NCBI GenBank assembly: GCA_045532975.1 | Contig: JAZSGX010000057.1 | Span: forward strand, 3,223-67,222 | Length of the DNA stretch: 64,000 bases | Reading direction: 5' to 3' | DNA from: Eubacteriales bacterium | Lineage (GTDB): Bacteria > Bacillota > Clostridia > Oscillospirales > CAG-272 | Shown here: positions 45,555 to 54,567 of the stretch, piece after piece | Layout of the letters: every line of letters begins with the position of its first letter | How positions within the stretch are numbered: position 1 is the first letter of the stretch | Program-made: the position numbers and the translations under genes | Notes under the pieces: model-generated | Told to the model about the DNA's origin: nothing | Seen by the model: the letters and a program-made list of their open reading frames with translations, nothing else | The model's database searches: none

Positions 45555-46568
45555 TTAGATTTCAGCGAAGTACTTGATTGTACGAACCATCTGGCTTGTG
45601 TAGGAGTTCTCGTTATCGTACCAAGAAACAACCTGTACCTGATATGTGTCGTCGTCAATCTTAGCAACCATTGTCTGAGTAGCATCGAACAAGGAGCCGT
45701 ATCTCATACCGATAACGTCGGAAGATACGATTTCGTCTGTGTTGTAGCCGTAGGACTCAGTAGCAGCAGCCTTCATAGCAGCGTTGATGGAATCCTTTGT
45801 TACGTCTGTACCCTTAACTACTGCAACGAGAAGTGTTGTAGAGCCTGTGCAGGTAGGAACTCTCTGAGCAGAGCCGATGAGCTTGCCGTTGAGCTCAGGA
45901 ATAACAAGACCGATAGCCTTAGCTGCGCCTGTGGAGTTAGGAACGATGTTCTGGGCGCCAGCTCTTGCTCTTCTAAGGTCGCCCTTTCTGTGAGGACCGT
46001 CGAGGATCATCTGGTCGCCTGTGTAAGCGTGAACTGTTGTCATGATACCGCTTTGGATTGGGTATGTGTCGTTCAAAGCCTTAGCCATAGGAGCCAAGCA
46101 GTTTGTTGTGCAAGAAGCAGCAGAGATGATTTGGTCATCAGCTGTCAAGGTCTTCTCGTTAACACCGAATACGATGGTCTTAAGGTCATTGCCTGCAGGA
46201 GCAGAAATAACAACCTTCTTAGCACCAGCGTTGATGTGAGCCATTGATTTATCCTTAGAGCAGTAGAAGCCTGTGCACTCGAGAACAACGTCAACACCAA
46301 GCTCACCCCATGGGCAGTTAGCAGCGTCCTTCTCTGCATAGATCTTGATTGTCTTACCGTTTACTGTGATGCTGTCCTCTGTGTTTGTAACAGTATCAGC
46401 AAACTCGTACTTACCCTGTGCTGTGTCATACTTGAGAAGATGAGCAAGCATCTTTGGGCTGGTAAGATCGTTGATAGCTACAACCTCGTAGCCTTCTGCG
46501 CCGAACATCTGTCTGAATGCAAGACGTCCGATACGGCCAAAGCCGTTAATAGCAACTTTTACTGACAT
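45555..46568 (-). CDS. gap: Type I glyceraldehyde-3-phosphate dehydrogenase
   Basis: Motif INGFGRIGR and the active site SCTTNCLAP. Confidence 0.95.
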   Translation of the reverse strand: MSVKVAINGFGRIGRLAFRQMFGAEGYEVVAINDLTSPKMLAHLLKYDTAQGKYEFADTVTNTEDSITVNGKTIKIYAEKDAANCPWGELGVDVVLECTGFYCSKDKSMAHINAGAKKVVISAPAGNDLKTIVFGVNEKTLTADDQIISAASCTTNCLAPMAKALNDTYPIQSGIMTTVHAYTGDQMILDGPHRKGDLRRARAGAQNIVPNSTGAAKAIGLVIPELNGKLIGSAQRVPTCTGSTTLLVAVVKGTDVTKDSINAAMKAAATESYGYNTDEIVSSDVIGMRYGSLFDATQTMVAKIDDDTYQVQVVSWYDNENSYTSQMVRTIKYFAEI

Positions 46569-46731
46569 TTTAAATTCCTCCGAATTTTTGTTTTTTGTGT
46601 AGATTTCCCTACCAAGAATATATTTTATACTATTTTTTCCAATTATACAAGTGTTTTTTAAAATTTCGTTAAAAATTTCAATAATTTTGCTATTTTATGG
46701 TAGTTTTTATTCATTTGTTACAAATTTTTAT

Positions 46732-46760
46732 TTGACATATTGCAAATAGTCTGTTATACT
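46732..46760 (+). promoter_or_regulatory. Sigma-A promoter upstream of holB
   Basis: TTGACA, a 17-nt spacer, then TGtTATACT. Confidence 0.5.
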
Positions 46761-46814
46761 ATACCTTGCGGGAGTAAGATAATATATTGTTTCAGTAGAT
46801 TTTGAGGTGAATTT

Positions 46815-47804
46815 ATGGAGTTTTTCAAGGGGCTTATAGGCAACGAGGACATAAAAAGCACTCTTGGAAACGCTATTGCCAAGAGGGAGTTTTTGCACGC
46901 ATACATTATTGAGGGTGCATCGGGCACAGGAAAGCATACGGTTGCCCGCTTAGCCTCGGCTGGCATTATTTGCGGCAGTGCCGATTGTACAAATGACAAT
47001 CCCTGCAATTTGTGTACCAAAATTCTTAACGATAACTGCGCTGACGTGCGCTTTTACGATGCCTTTAAGGTTGATGACGTGCGTAAAATAAAGGAAACTC
47101 TTTACGAAAGTGCTACTGAATGTGAATACAAAATATACGTTTTAAGTAACGCGGAAAAAATGAATGTAAAGGCGCAAAATGCCCTGCTTATTTCCTTAGA
47201 GGAGCCGCCAAAAAACGTGGTGTTTTTCCTTTTATGCACCGATGCCACTGTTCTTTTGGAAACCATACGCTCCCGTGCGCAAATCTTACGCACAAAGCCC
47301 TTGACAGAGGCTCAGATACTACGTTATTTAAACGAAAACAAGATACCCGTTCCCGATGAGGACAAGCTGAAGGAAATTATTAAAGCCTCCTTTGGCTCTC
47401 TTGGGTACGTTTTAGATATGCTGAATGAGAGTCGGGCGGACACTTTAATAAAAGAAAGGGAACGGGCAATGAGCTTTGCTGTTTCTCTTTTGCAAAACGA
47501 CAACACCACAGTCACTACCCTTTCCTCAATGTTCAATATGACAAGGGACAAGCTGAAGGATTTATTTTCTATGGGTCTTTTGGTTCTGCGTGATTTGGCT
47601 GTTATAAAAAAGGCAAAGGATGCGCCCTTATGCTTTTTCACCTCGTCTAAGGAAGCGTCCCTTATCGCTTCCAAGCATAACGTACAAAAAATTCTTTACA
47701 CATACTCACAGCTTGAGGTTGGGATTGACAGCTTGAATGCAAATGCAAACGTCCCAAACACTCTTGTTTCCCTTATAACCAATTCAAAAAAGAAAGGCAA
47801 TTAA
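46815..47804 (+). CDS. holB: DNA polymerase III subunit delta'
   Basis: Motif HAYIIEGASGTGKHT, a Cys-rich zinc module, and SRAQ. The gene order holB-yaaT is conserved. Confidence 0.85.
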   Translation: MEFFKGLIGNEDIKSTLGNAIAKREFLHAYIIEGASGTGKHTVARLASAGIICGSADCTNDNPCNLCTKILNDNCADVRFYDAFKVDDVRKIKETLYESATECEYKIYVLSNAEKMNVKAQNALLISLEEPPKNVVFFLLCTDATVLLETIRSRAQILRTKPLTEAQILRYLNENKIPVPDEDKLKEIIKASFGSLGYVLDMLNESRADTLIKERERAMSFAVSLLQNDNTTVTTLSSMFNMTRDKLKDLFSMGLLVLRDLAVIKKAKDAPLCFFTSSKEASLIASKHNVQKILYTYSQLEVGIDSLNANANVPNTLVSLITNSKKKGN

Positions 47805-47805
47805 A

Positions 47806-48696
47806 ATGGCTGAGGAAATAATTAATATTAATGATGAAAGCAACGAGCAATACGAGGTTATCGGTATTCGCTTTAAGGACGGCGGTAAGGTTTACTATTT
47901 CTCCGCAAATAACTGTGTGGCAAAGTCAAGCGACTGTGCTGTTGTAGAAACATCCCGTGGGCTTGAATTTGGAAAGGTTGCCTGCACTAACAAAATGGTT
48001 GGTGCATCCGAGGTTGTGCCTCCCCTTCGCCCCGTTATCAGAATTGCAACGGAAAACGACATAAAAGCCAATGCGGAAAACAAGCGTAAGGAGGCTGAGG
48101 CTATTAAGGTTTGCCAGGAAAAGGTAAACGCTCACGGCTTGGAAATGAAGCTGATTGAGGCGGAGTACACCTTTGACACATCAAAGCTTACCTTCTACTT
48201 CACTGCTGACGGTCGTATCGACTTCCGTGACCTTGTAAAGGATTTGGCATCCACCTTCAGAACAAGAATTGAGCTTCGCCAAATCGGTATACGAGACGAG
48301 GCAAAGCTAATGGGTGGTCTTGGCGTTTGCGGTAGACCCTTTTGCTGTAACACATTTTTGCCCGATTTTTGCCAAGTATCAATCAAAATGGCAAAGGAGC
48401 AAAACCTGTCCTTAAACTCCGCTAAGATTTCGGGTGCTTGCGGCAGACTTATGTGCTGCTTAAAGTTTGAGCATGAAGCATACATCCAGGAAATCAAGCG
48501 CACACCCCCTGTTGACTCAACGGTAAAGACCCAGGACGGTGTTGGTCAGGTAACGGAAATTGCCCCATTGACAGGTATGATTAAGGTTAAAATCGATGAA
48601 AATATTAAGTCATATCACCGCGATAATGTTAAAATCTTGTCAATGCCAAAGGCTAAGGGCAAGAAGGACGACGAAAACGTGGACGCGGAGCAATAA
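47806..48696 (+). CDS. ricT: PSP1-domain protein YaaT (RicT)
   Basis: PSP1 C-terminal Cys motifs CGRPFCCNTFL and CGRLMCCLKFE. The gene lies immediately after holB. Confidence 0.85.
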   Translation: MAEEIININDESNEQYEVIGIRFKDGGKVYYFSANNCVAKSSDCAVVETSRGLEFGKVACTNKMVGASEVVPPLRPVIRIATENDIKANAENKRKEAEAIKVCQEKVNAHGLEMKLIEAEYTFDTSKLTFYFTADGRIDFRDLVKDLASTFRTRIELRQIGIRDEAKLMGGLGVCGRPFCCNTFLPDFCQVSIKMAKEQNLSLNSAKISGACGRLMCCLKFEHEAYIQEIKRTPPVDSTVKTQDGVGQVTEIAPLTGMIKVKIDENIKSYHRDNVKILSMPKAKGKKDDENVDAEQ

Positions 48697-48758
48697 TTGT
48701 ACGAATTGTTAAAAAACGAGGTTTTTCGCTATTTTTTGATGTTTTTTGCAAGTTAATC

Positions 48759-48788
48759 TTGACTAACCGCCATGCTATGTATTAGAAT
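48759..48788 (+). promoter_or_regulatory. Promoter of ferredoxin gene 1
   Basis: TTGACT, an 18-nt spacer, then TAGAAT. Confidence 0.45.
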
Positions 48789-48820
48789 TGTATTGAAATA
48801 AATTTCTATGGAGGTTCACT

Positions 48821-48988
48821 ATGGCTTTTAAAATTACAGATGCTTGCATCGCTTGTGGCTCTTGCCAGGCTAACTGCCCTTGCGACGCTATTTCCGAAGG
48901 CGAAATCTATGTAATCGACGCTGACAAGTGTGCAGGCTGCGGCGCTTGTGCTGAAGGTTGCCCTGTTGACGCTATCGTTGAAGAATAA
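48821..48988 (+). CDS. 2x[4Fe-4S] clostridial-type ferredoxin (55 aa)
   Basis: GGAGG RBS. Cluster motifs [12 protein letters not shown] and [12 protein letters not shown]. At under 60 aa it is too short to appear in the ORF track. Confidence 0.85.
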   Translation: MAFKITDACIACGSCQANCPCDAISEGEIYVIDADKCAGCGACAEGCPVDAIVEE

Positions 48989-49000
48989 TTAAAAACATTT

Positions 49001-49028
49001 AGCAGGGTGCTATGGCGCCCTGCTTTTG
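49001..49028 (+). terminator. Rho-independent terminator
   Basis: Stem agcagggtgc/gcgccctgct followed by TTTTG. Confidence 0.6.
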
Positions 49029-49112
49029 TTTAATATTAACAATCTTTCGACAAAAGACTTGCTTTGGAAATGGTGGTTTTTCATTAAAATTTTTATTTGT
49101 AAAAATTATGGG

Positions 49113-49140
49113 TTGACAAATCATTTTTTTATGTTAGAAT
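49113..49140 (+). promoter_or_regulatory. Promoter of ferredoxin gene 2
   Basis: TTGACA, a 16-nt spacer, then TGtTAGAAT (extended -10). Confidence 0.55.
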
Positions 49141-49170
49141 AGATGTACAAATATATTGGAGGTTTTAACA

Positions 49171-49341
49171 ATGGCTTTTAAAATTACTGATGATTGCATC
49201 GCTTGTGGTGCTTGTGCTGAGTGCTGTCCTTGCGATTGTATCACCGAGGGTGACGGAAAGTACATTATTAACGCTGAGGAGTGCATTGGCTGCGGCTCTT
49301 GTGCAGGCGCATGTCCCGTTGGCGCACCTGTTGAAGAATAA
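49171..49341 (+). CDS. 2x[4Fe-4S] clostridial-type ferredoxin (56 aa), paralog of 48821-48988
   Basis: The ATG at 49171 follows a GGAGG RBS. Cluster motifs are CIACGACAECCP and CIGCGSCAGACP. Confidence 0.85.
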   Translation: MAFKITDDCIACGACAECCPCDCITEGDGKYIINAEECIGCGSCAGACPVGAPVEE

Positions 49342-49355
49342 TTAATTTATTTGCA

Positions 49356-49387
49356 TAAAAAACAGGCTGTGCGTCAGCCTGTTTTTT
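49356..49387 (+). terminator. Rho-independent terminator
   Basis: Stem aacaggctg/cagcctgtt followed by TTTT. Confidence 0.7.
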
Positions 49388-49407
49388 ATGTTAGTTGGAG
49401 AAAGCCT

Positions 49408-50154
49408 ATGAGCATTAACGAAAATGAGCGTATTAATATAATAAATGAAGACCTTTCGCTAATTGAAAACAAAAACAGCTTGACCTTTGGTACCGATGCG
49501 TACCTTTTGTCTGCCTATCTACCTAAAAAATCTCGGGCTGTATGCGTAGAGCTTGGGGTTGGCAGTGGCGTTATCTCGCTCCTTGCCTTAACAAAGAAAA
49601 AGTGCCAACACGTGTACGGATTTGAGGTGCAAAATGATATTGCTGATATCGCCAAGCGTAATGCGGAGCTAAACGGATTGAGTGACAAGTTCACCGTCAT
49701 AAACAAGGATTTGCGCCTTTGCACCGCGACCGACACACAAAAAGAGGTTGACGTTGTATTTTCAAATCCACCGTATATGAAGAAGGACAGTGGCAAGCTA
49801 AATGAAAACGAAAATAAAAACGCCTCCCGCCACGAAATTTTCGGTGAGATTAACGATTTTTGCGCCTGTGCAAAAAGACTTTTAAAGCACGGGGGGGATT
49901 TTTACATTGTTTACCGTCCCGACCGCATGATTGACTTGATTTCCGCCTTAAGAAACAACAATTTAGAGCCGAAAAAGCTCACCTTCATACACCCAAATTC
50001 AGCCACTCCCCCCTCTCTTTTGCTAATTTCTGCAAAATTGGGCGGAAAAAGCGGACTTGTTATAGACAAGCCTGTTTACATATACAAGGATGGCACACAG
50101 GAATACACCGAGCAGTTCAAAAAAATATATGAGAATTGCTCATTTGAGGAATAA
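49408..50154 (+). CDS. SAM-dependent N6-adenine methyltransferase, tRNA (TrmN6/YabB-like)
   Basis: I set the start at the ATG at 49408, which has a GGAG RBS; the listed TTG start lies inside the preceding terminator. Motifs are the SAM-binding ELGVGSGVISL and the catalytic FSNPPYM. Confidence 0.75.
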   Translation: MSINENERINIINEDLSLIENKNSLTFGTDAYLLSAYLPKKSRAVCVELGVGSGVISLLALTKKKCQHVYGFEVQNDIADIAKRNAELNGLSDKFTVINKDLRLCTATDTQKEVDVVFSNPPYMKKDSGKLNENENKNASRHEIFGEINDFCACAKRLLKHGGDFYIVYRPDRMIDLISALRNNNLEPKKLTFIHPNSATPPSLLLISAKLGGKSGLVIDKPVYIYKDGTQEYTEQFKKIYENCSFEE

Positions 50155-50156
50155 TT

Positions 50157-51035
50157 ATGAGAAATAACGAGCCGAGAAACGCACAAAAGGAAGATAAAAA
50201 TCAAATAGTCGGCGGTGTTTTGTACCTTGTTGCCACCCCTATCGGCAATCTTTCCGATATGAGTGAGCGCGCGCTAAAGGTTTTATCCGAGGTTGATATT
50301 GTTGCCGCTGAGGACACCCGTAATTCAGGCAAGCTCCTTGCCTATTTTGGCATTTCCAAGCCTATGATTAGCTATTTTGAGCATAACAAGCGTGAGCACG
50401 GTGAGGTCATACTTAAAAAGCTAAAGGAGGGTAACAGTGTTGCTTTGGTAACCGATGCAGGCACTCCCGCCATTAGTGACCCGGGCGAGGACTTAGTCAG
50501 GCTTTGCGCGGAAAACGGTGTGACCGTAACGTCTATTCCCGGTTGCTCCGCGGTTGTGAATGCTCTTGCTCTCTCTGCGCTACCCACGGGTAGATTTTGC
50601 TTTGAGGGCTTTTTAAGCACCAACAAAAACGAAAGATATGAGCGCTTAAACGAGATAAAGAACGACACGCGTACCACTATTTTTTATGAAGCGCCCCACA
50701 AGCTTGTAAAAACTCTTGAGGATATGCGCACAGTTTTTGGTGAGCGTAAAATTGCCCTATGCCGCGAGCTTACAAAGCTAAATGAGGAAATTATGCGCAC
50801 TACCCTTTCGGGCGCTTTGGAGTATTACAGTACCAATTCTCCAAGAGGTGAATATGTCCTTGTTGTTGAAGGCTCGACAAAAAATGACAATGATGCTTTT
50901 TGGGTAAATATGTCCATTGAAGACCACGTTGAGTTTTATGTGAAGCAAGGGATGAAGAAAATGGACGCAATAAAGTCCGTTGCCAAGGACCGTGACGTTG
51001 CCAAAAATGAAATTTACAAAATAGTTAATACCTAA
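50157..51035 (+). CDS. rsmI: 16S rRNA (cytidine1402-2'-O)-methyltransferase
   Basis: Motifs LYLVATPIGNLSDMS, AEDTR and DAGTPAISDPG. Confidence 0.9.
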   Translation: MRNNEPRNAQKEDKNQIVGGVLYLVATPIGNLSDMSERALKVLSEVDIVAAEDTRNSGKLLAYFGISKPMISYFEHNKREHGEVILKKLKEGNSVALVTDAGTPAISDPGEDLVRLCAENGVTVTSIPGCSAVVNALALSALPTGRFCFEGFLSTNKNERYERLNEIKNDTRTTIFYEAPHKLVKTLEDMRTVFGERKIALCRELTKLNEEIMRTTLSGALEYYSTNSPRGEYVLVVEGSTKNDNDAFWVNMSIEDHVEFYVKQGMKKMDAIKSVAKDRDVAKNEIYKIVNT

Positions 51036-51041
51036 CACCTC

Positions 51042-51075
51042 ATCCACCGCGCTTTTTTGTGTGGTGGATTTTTTT
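51042..51075 (+). terminator. Rho-independent terminator after rsmI
   Basis: Stem atccaccgc/gtggtggat followed by TTTTTT. Confidence 0.6.
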
Positions 51076-51076
51076 G

Positions 51077-51324
51077 CGGTGGGAGCAAGCCCCCACCCTA
51101 CAATGTAAATTAATTTTGCATTTTGCCTTTTGCATTTAAAAGCTCCATCGGTTGAGGGAATGTCATTCTGAGGGCAACCGAAGAATCCTTTAACGGTCTG
51201 CACCAATTGAATTTTTTCGTACCAAAGAAGAACCTTCGCTTCGCTCAGGATGACACGTTGTGTCAATTTTGCATTTTGCACTTTGCATTTTGCATTTATT
51301 CGGTGGGAGCAAGCCCTCCCCTAC
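51077..51324. repeat. Mosaic of short repeats: GC-rich hairpin (x2), ATTTTGC heptamer tracts (x2), imperfect 26-bp inverted repeat
   Basis: The hairpin cggtgggagcaagccc(c/t)c..cctac occurs at 51077-51101 and 51301-51324. (ATTTTGC)n tracts occur at 51113-51137 and 51266-51297. gtcattctgagggcaaccgaagaatc (51162-51187) is matched by the reverse complement of 51230-51254. Confidence 0.65.
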
Positions 51325-51363
51325 GAGTTTGCATTTTTATTTTTATTTTTTTATCTTTTTATA

Positions 51364-51392
51364 TTGATATATTTGGTTTTTTCTGTTAAAAT
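51364..51392 (+). promoter_or_regulatory. Promoter upstream of nagA
   Basis: TTGATA, a 17-nt spacer, then TGtTAAAAT. Confidence 0.5.
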
Positions 51393-51422
51393 ATATAAAT
51401 AACGCTATGAAGGAGGCTCTTT

Positions 51423-52577
51423 ATGAAATACGTTGCTTTTGTGGGAGGAATGGTTTTCAACTCTCATACCGAAAAATTTGAAAGAGCTAATGTAATTTGC
51501 CGTGACGGTTATATTGCGGAAATCAGCTTAGATGTGCCATCAGGCTACGAAAGGGTTGACGTAACCGACAAATATTTAATCCCAGGTCTTATTGACGTGC
51601 ATACCCACGGTATTGCAGGGGGGGATTTCAACTACGCAAGTGAAAACAAAATTTGGAAAATGTGCCACGCTTATGCGAAAAACGGTACAACGTCCATTAT
51701 GGCTACATTGGCTTCCCAGTCAATGACCAAGCTGTTTAACTCCATATACGCCATTAACCAAAACAGGCAAAATGACAATTTTGACAAGGCGAACATTATG
51801 GGTATCCATATGGAGGGCAGATACTTAAACCCAAAAATGAGAGGCGCTCACTCCGCTGAGCTTCTTGCTCTCCCTAATATGAACGAGCTTACTTCTCTTT
51901 TTAATATTATGATTCCAACACCTATGCACTTCTCCTTAGCTCCTGAGCTTGAGGGTGCTGAGGAATTTATAAAAAAGGCTTGTGAAATGGGTGCAACCGT
52001 TGGTATTGCTCACACCTCCGCCACCTACGAGGAGGCAGAGACTGCTATGGAATGGGGCGCTACCGCCTTTACCCACACCTTTAACGCAATGACACCTATT
52101 CACCATCGAATGCCCGGTGCGGCTATATGTTCTCTTAACGCTAAAAACGCTTACACAGAAATCATTTGTGACGGTATCCATATGCACCCCGCTATGGTAC
52201 AGCTTGCATATAACGCAAAGGACAAGGATAAGCTTGTGCTTATTACCGACTCTATGAGTGCAACCGCTATGGAGGACGGCGAGTATACCATAGCAGGCTC
52301 TGACGTCATTGTTAAGGACGGGCGTGCCGTTAACAAGGAGGGCGTGCTTGCCGGCTCTACCCTTACGCTTTTCAAGGCTGTTTGCAACATTATGAAATTC
52401 TGTAACATCAGCTTGGAGGAAGCCTTGAAGTTTGCCACAGTTAACCCTGCTAAGATGGTAAGGGCAGATTTTGTTGGCTCTCTTGAGAAGAACTACCGCG
52501 CAGATTTGATTGTACTTTCAGATATTAAAGAGCCTACTATATACGACGTTTACGTAGGCGGAAACAGAATAAATTGA
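51423..52577 (+). CDS. nagA: N-acetylglucosamine-6-phosphate deacetylase
   Basis: Amidohydrolase motifs IDVHTHG, GIHMEGRYL and GIAHTSA. Confidence 0.85.
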   Translation: MKYVAFVGGMVFNSHTEKFERANVICRDGYIAEISLDVPSGYERVDVTDKYLIPGLIDVHTHGIAGGDFNYASENKIWKMCHAYAKNGTTSIMATLASQSMTKLFNSIYAINQNRQNDNFDKANIMGIHMEGRYLNPKMRGAHSAELLALPNMNELTSLFNIMIPTPMHFSLAPELEGAEEFIKKACEMGATVGIAHTSATYEEAETAMEWGATAFTHTFNAMTPIHHRMPGAAICSLNAKNAYTEIICDGIHMHPAMVQLAYNAKDKDKLVLITDSMSATAMEDGEYTIAGSDVIVKDGRAVNKEGVLAGSTLTLFKAVCNIMKFCNISLEEALKFATVNPAKMVRADFVGSLEKNYRADLIVLSDIKEPTIYDVYVGGNRIN

Positions 52578-52587
52578 GGTGAATAAA

Positions 52588-54522
52588 ATGAACAAGGAAA
52601 AATTCTATATAACTACCGCTATTGCTTACGCATCGGGCAAGCCACACTTTGGCAATACCTACGAGGTTATTGCAACCGATGCTATTGCAAGATACAAAAG
52701 ACAAAGAGGCTTTGACGTACGCTTTATGACGGGTACTGACGAGCATGGACAAAAGATACAGAACAAGGCAGCCGAGGCAGGCATAACTCCACAGGAGTTT
52801 GTTGACAAGACCGCAGGACAAATTAAGGAGCTTTGGGATTTGATGGGCTCCTCCTACGACTACTTTATCAGAACCACAGACTCTTACCACAAAAAGGCTG
52901 TTGAGCATATTTTCAAAAAGCTTTACGACCAAGGGGACATTTACAAGGGTCACTACGAGGGTCTTTACTGTACTCCCTGCGAGTCCTTCTTTACCGAAAC
53001 ACAGTTGGTTGACGGCAAATGCCCTGACTGCGGACGTGAGGTTGTTAAGACAACTGAAGAGGCTTACTTCTTCAAAATGAGCAAGTATGCTGTCAGATTG
53101 AGTGAGCATATCGAAACCCATCCCGAATTTATCCAGCCGGAGTCAAGAAAGAAGGAAATGATAAACAACTTCTTAAAGCCGGGTCTTCAGGACCTTTGCG
53201 TTTCCCGTACGTCATTTAACTGGGGTGTGCCTGTTTCCTTTGACCCTAAGCACGTTACTTACGTTTGGATTGATGCTCTTTCCAACTACATCACAGGTCT
53301 TGGCTACGACCCAGACAACGAAGTACAGCCTGAGCTTTTCCAAAAATATTGGCCCTGTGACGTACACGTTATCGGTAAGGACATTGTGCGCTTCCACACT
53401 ATTTACTGGCCAATTATGTTGATGGCTTTAGGCGTTGAGTTACCTAAGAAGGTCTTTGCTCACCCTTGGTTCAACTTCGGTATGGACAAGATGTCAAAAT
53501 CAAAGGGTAATGTTGTTTATGCTGACGAGCTTGCAAAACGCTTCGGTGTTGACGGTGTGCGTTACTACGCTCTTTCCGAAATGCCTTATGCAAACGACGG
53601 TAGTATCACATATGAGGCTGTTATAAACCGCTTCAACACCGACCTTGCAAACAATCTCGGTAACTTGGTTAGCCGCACTGTGGCTATGACCAAGAAATAT
53701 TTTGACGGTGTCATCCCAGCTCCACAGGGCGACGAGGGTGTTGACGCTGACCTAAAGGCGGTTTGTGCCGAAACGGTTAAGAAATTTGACGAGCTGATGG
53801 ACGGCTTTAGAATTTCCGAGGCTTGCGAGTGCGTGTTTGATATGCTCAGCCGCGCTAACAAGTACATTGACGAAACTACACCTTGGGTGCTTGCAAAGGA
53901 CGAGGCTAACAAGCCAAGGCTTGGCACCGTTCTTTACAATCTTTTGGAATCAATAAGAATTGCGGCTATACTTTTAACCCCAATTATTCCAACCACCTGT
54001 GAGGAAATCTTTAAGCAGATTAGCGCGTCAAAAACCGCGTATGAGGACCTTGCCTTTGGCGGTCTTGAAAGCGGTATTTCCGTAGGCGAGAGCAAAATCC
54101 TCTTTACAAGAATTGACGAAAAGAAGGTGCTTGAGGAAATTGAGGCTGAAAGACAGGCAAAGCTTGAGGCTGAAAAAAAGATTGAAAAGCCAGAGGGCTG
54201 CGCTATCATTACCTTTGATAAGTTTATGGACGTGGAGCTTCGCACCGCTGAAATTTTAGAGTGCGAAAAGGTGCCCAAGGCAAAGAAGCTCCTAAAATTA
54301 AAGGTTGACTTAGGCTATGAAACAAGACAAATTGTTTCGGGCATTGCAAAATTCTATGAGCCACAGGACTTAATCGGCAAAAAGGTTATCGTTGTTGCAA
54401 ACTTAGCGCCTGCTAAGCTTTGCGGTATTGACAGCGAGGGTATGCTCCTTGCCTCGGGTGAAGAAACCGTGCGCGTTGTTTTCCTTGACAAGGACACGCC
54501 AAACGGAGAAAGAGTAAGATAA
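52588..54522 (+). CDS. metG: Methionine--tRNA ligase (with C-terminal tRNA-binding domain)
   Basis: HIGH-region variant KPHFGNTY, the KMSKS motif, and a Zn knuckle CTPCESF...CPDCG. The ATG at 52588 sits behind a GAGGTG RBS, so I prefer it to the GTG at 52579. Confidence 0.95.
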   Translation: MNKEKFYITTAIAYASGKPHFGNTYEVIATDAIARYKRQRGFDVRFMTGTDEHGQKIQNKAAEAGITPQEFVDKTAGQIKELWDLMGSSYDYFIRTTDSYHKKAVEHIFKKLYDQGDIYKGHYEGLYCTPCESFFTETQLVDGKCPDCGREVVKTTEEAYFFKMSKYAVRLSEHIETHPEFIQPESRKKEMINNFLKPGLQDLCVSRTSFNWGVPVSFDPKHVTYVWIDALSNYITGLGYDPDNEVQPELFQKYWPCDVHVIGKDIVRFHTIYWPIMLMALGVELPKKVFAHPWFNFGMDKMSKSKGNVVYADELAKRFGVDGVRYYALSEMPYANDGSITYEAVINRFNTDLANNLGNLVSRTVAMTKKYFDGVIPAPQGDEGVDADLKAVCAETVKKFDELMDGFRISEACECVFDMLSRANKYIDETTPWVLAKDEANKPRLGTVLYNLLESIRIAAILLTPIIPTTCEEIFKQISASKTAYEDLAFGGLESGISVGESKILFTRIDEKKVLEEIEAERQAKLEAEKKIEKPEGCAIITFDKFMDVELRTAEILECEKVPKAKKLLKLKVDLGYETRQIVSGIAKFYEPQDLIGKKVIVVANLAPAKLCGIDSEGMLLASGEETVRVVFLDKDTPNGERVR

Positions 54523-54567
54523 AATATGGGGCGCTTTGCCCCATATTTTTGAATAGAGGTTAATGTA

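Noticed and set aside
45351-46247. 298-aa plus-strand ORF, together with other long antisense ORFs: 3498-4100, 11101-11733, 27115-27849, 29866-30582, 32623-33237, 52537-53121 and 61780-62424.
   Set aside because: Each lies entirely antisense to a gene with unmistakable family motifs (gap, the Cys-module lipoproteins, deacetylase, eda, Gfo/Idh/MocA, metG, fakA). They lack an RBS, and their translations are low-complexity and Cys/Leu/Ser-rich. They are best explained by codon bias of the true gene suppressing stops on the opposite strand.
50778-51281. 167-aa minus-strand ORF covering the rsmI 3' end and the repeat mosaic.
   Set aside because: It is antisense to rsmI and then reads through GC-rich hairpin repeats, giving peptides of the VILSEAK/GWGLAPT type that are typical of repeat translation. 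It has no RBS.
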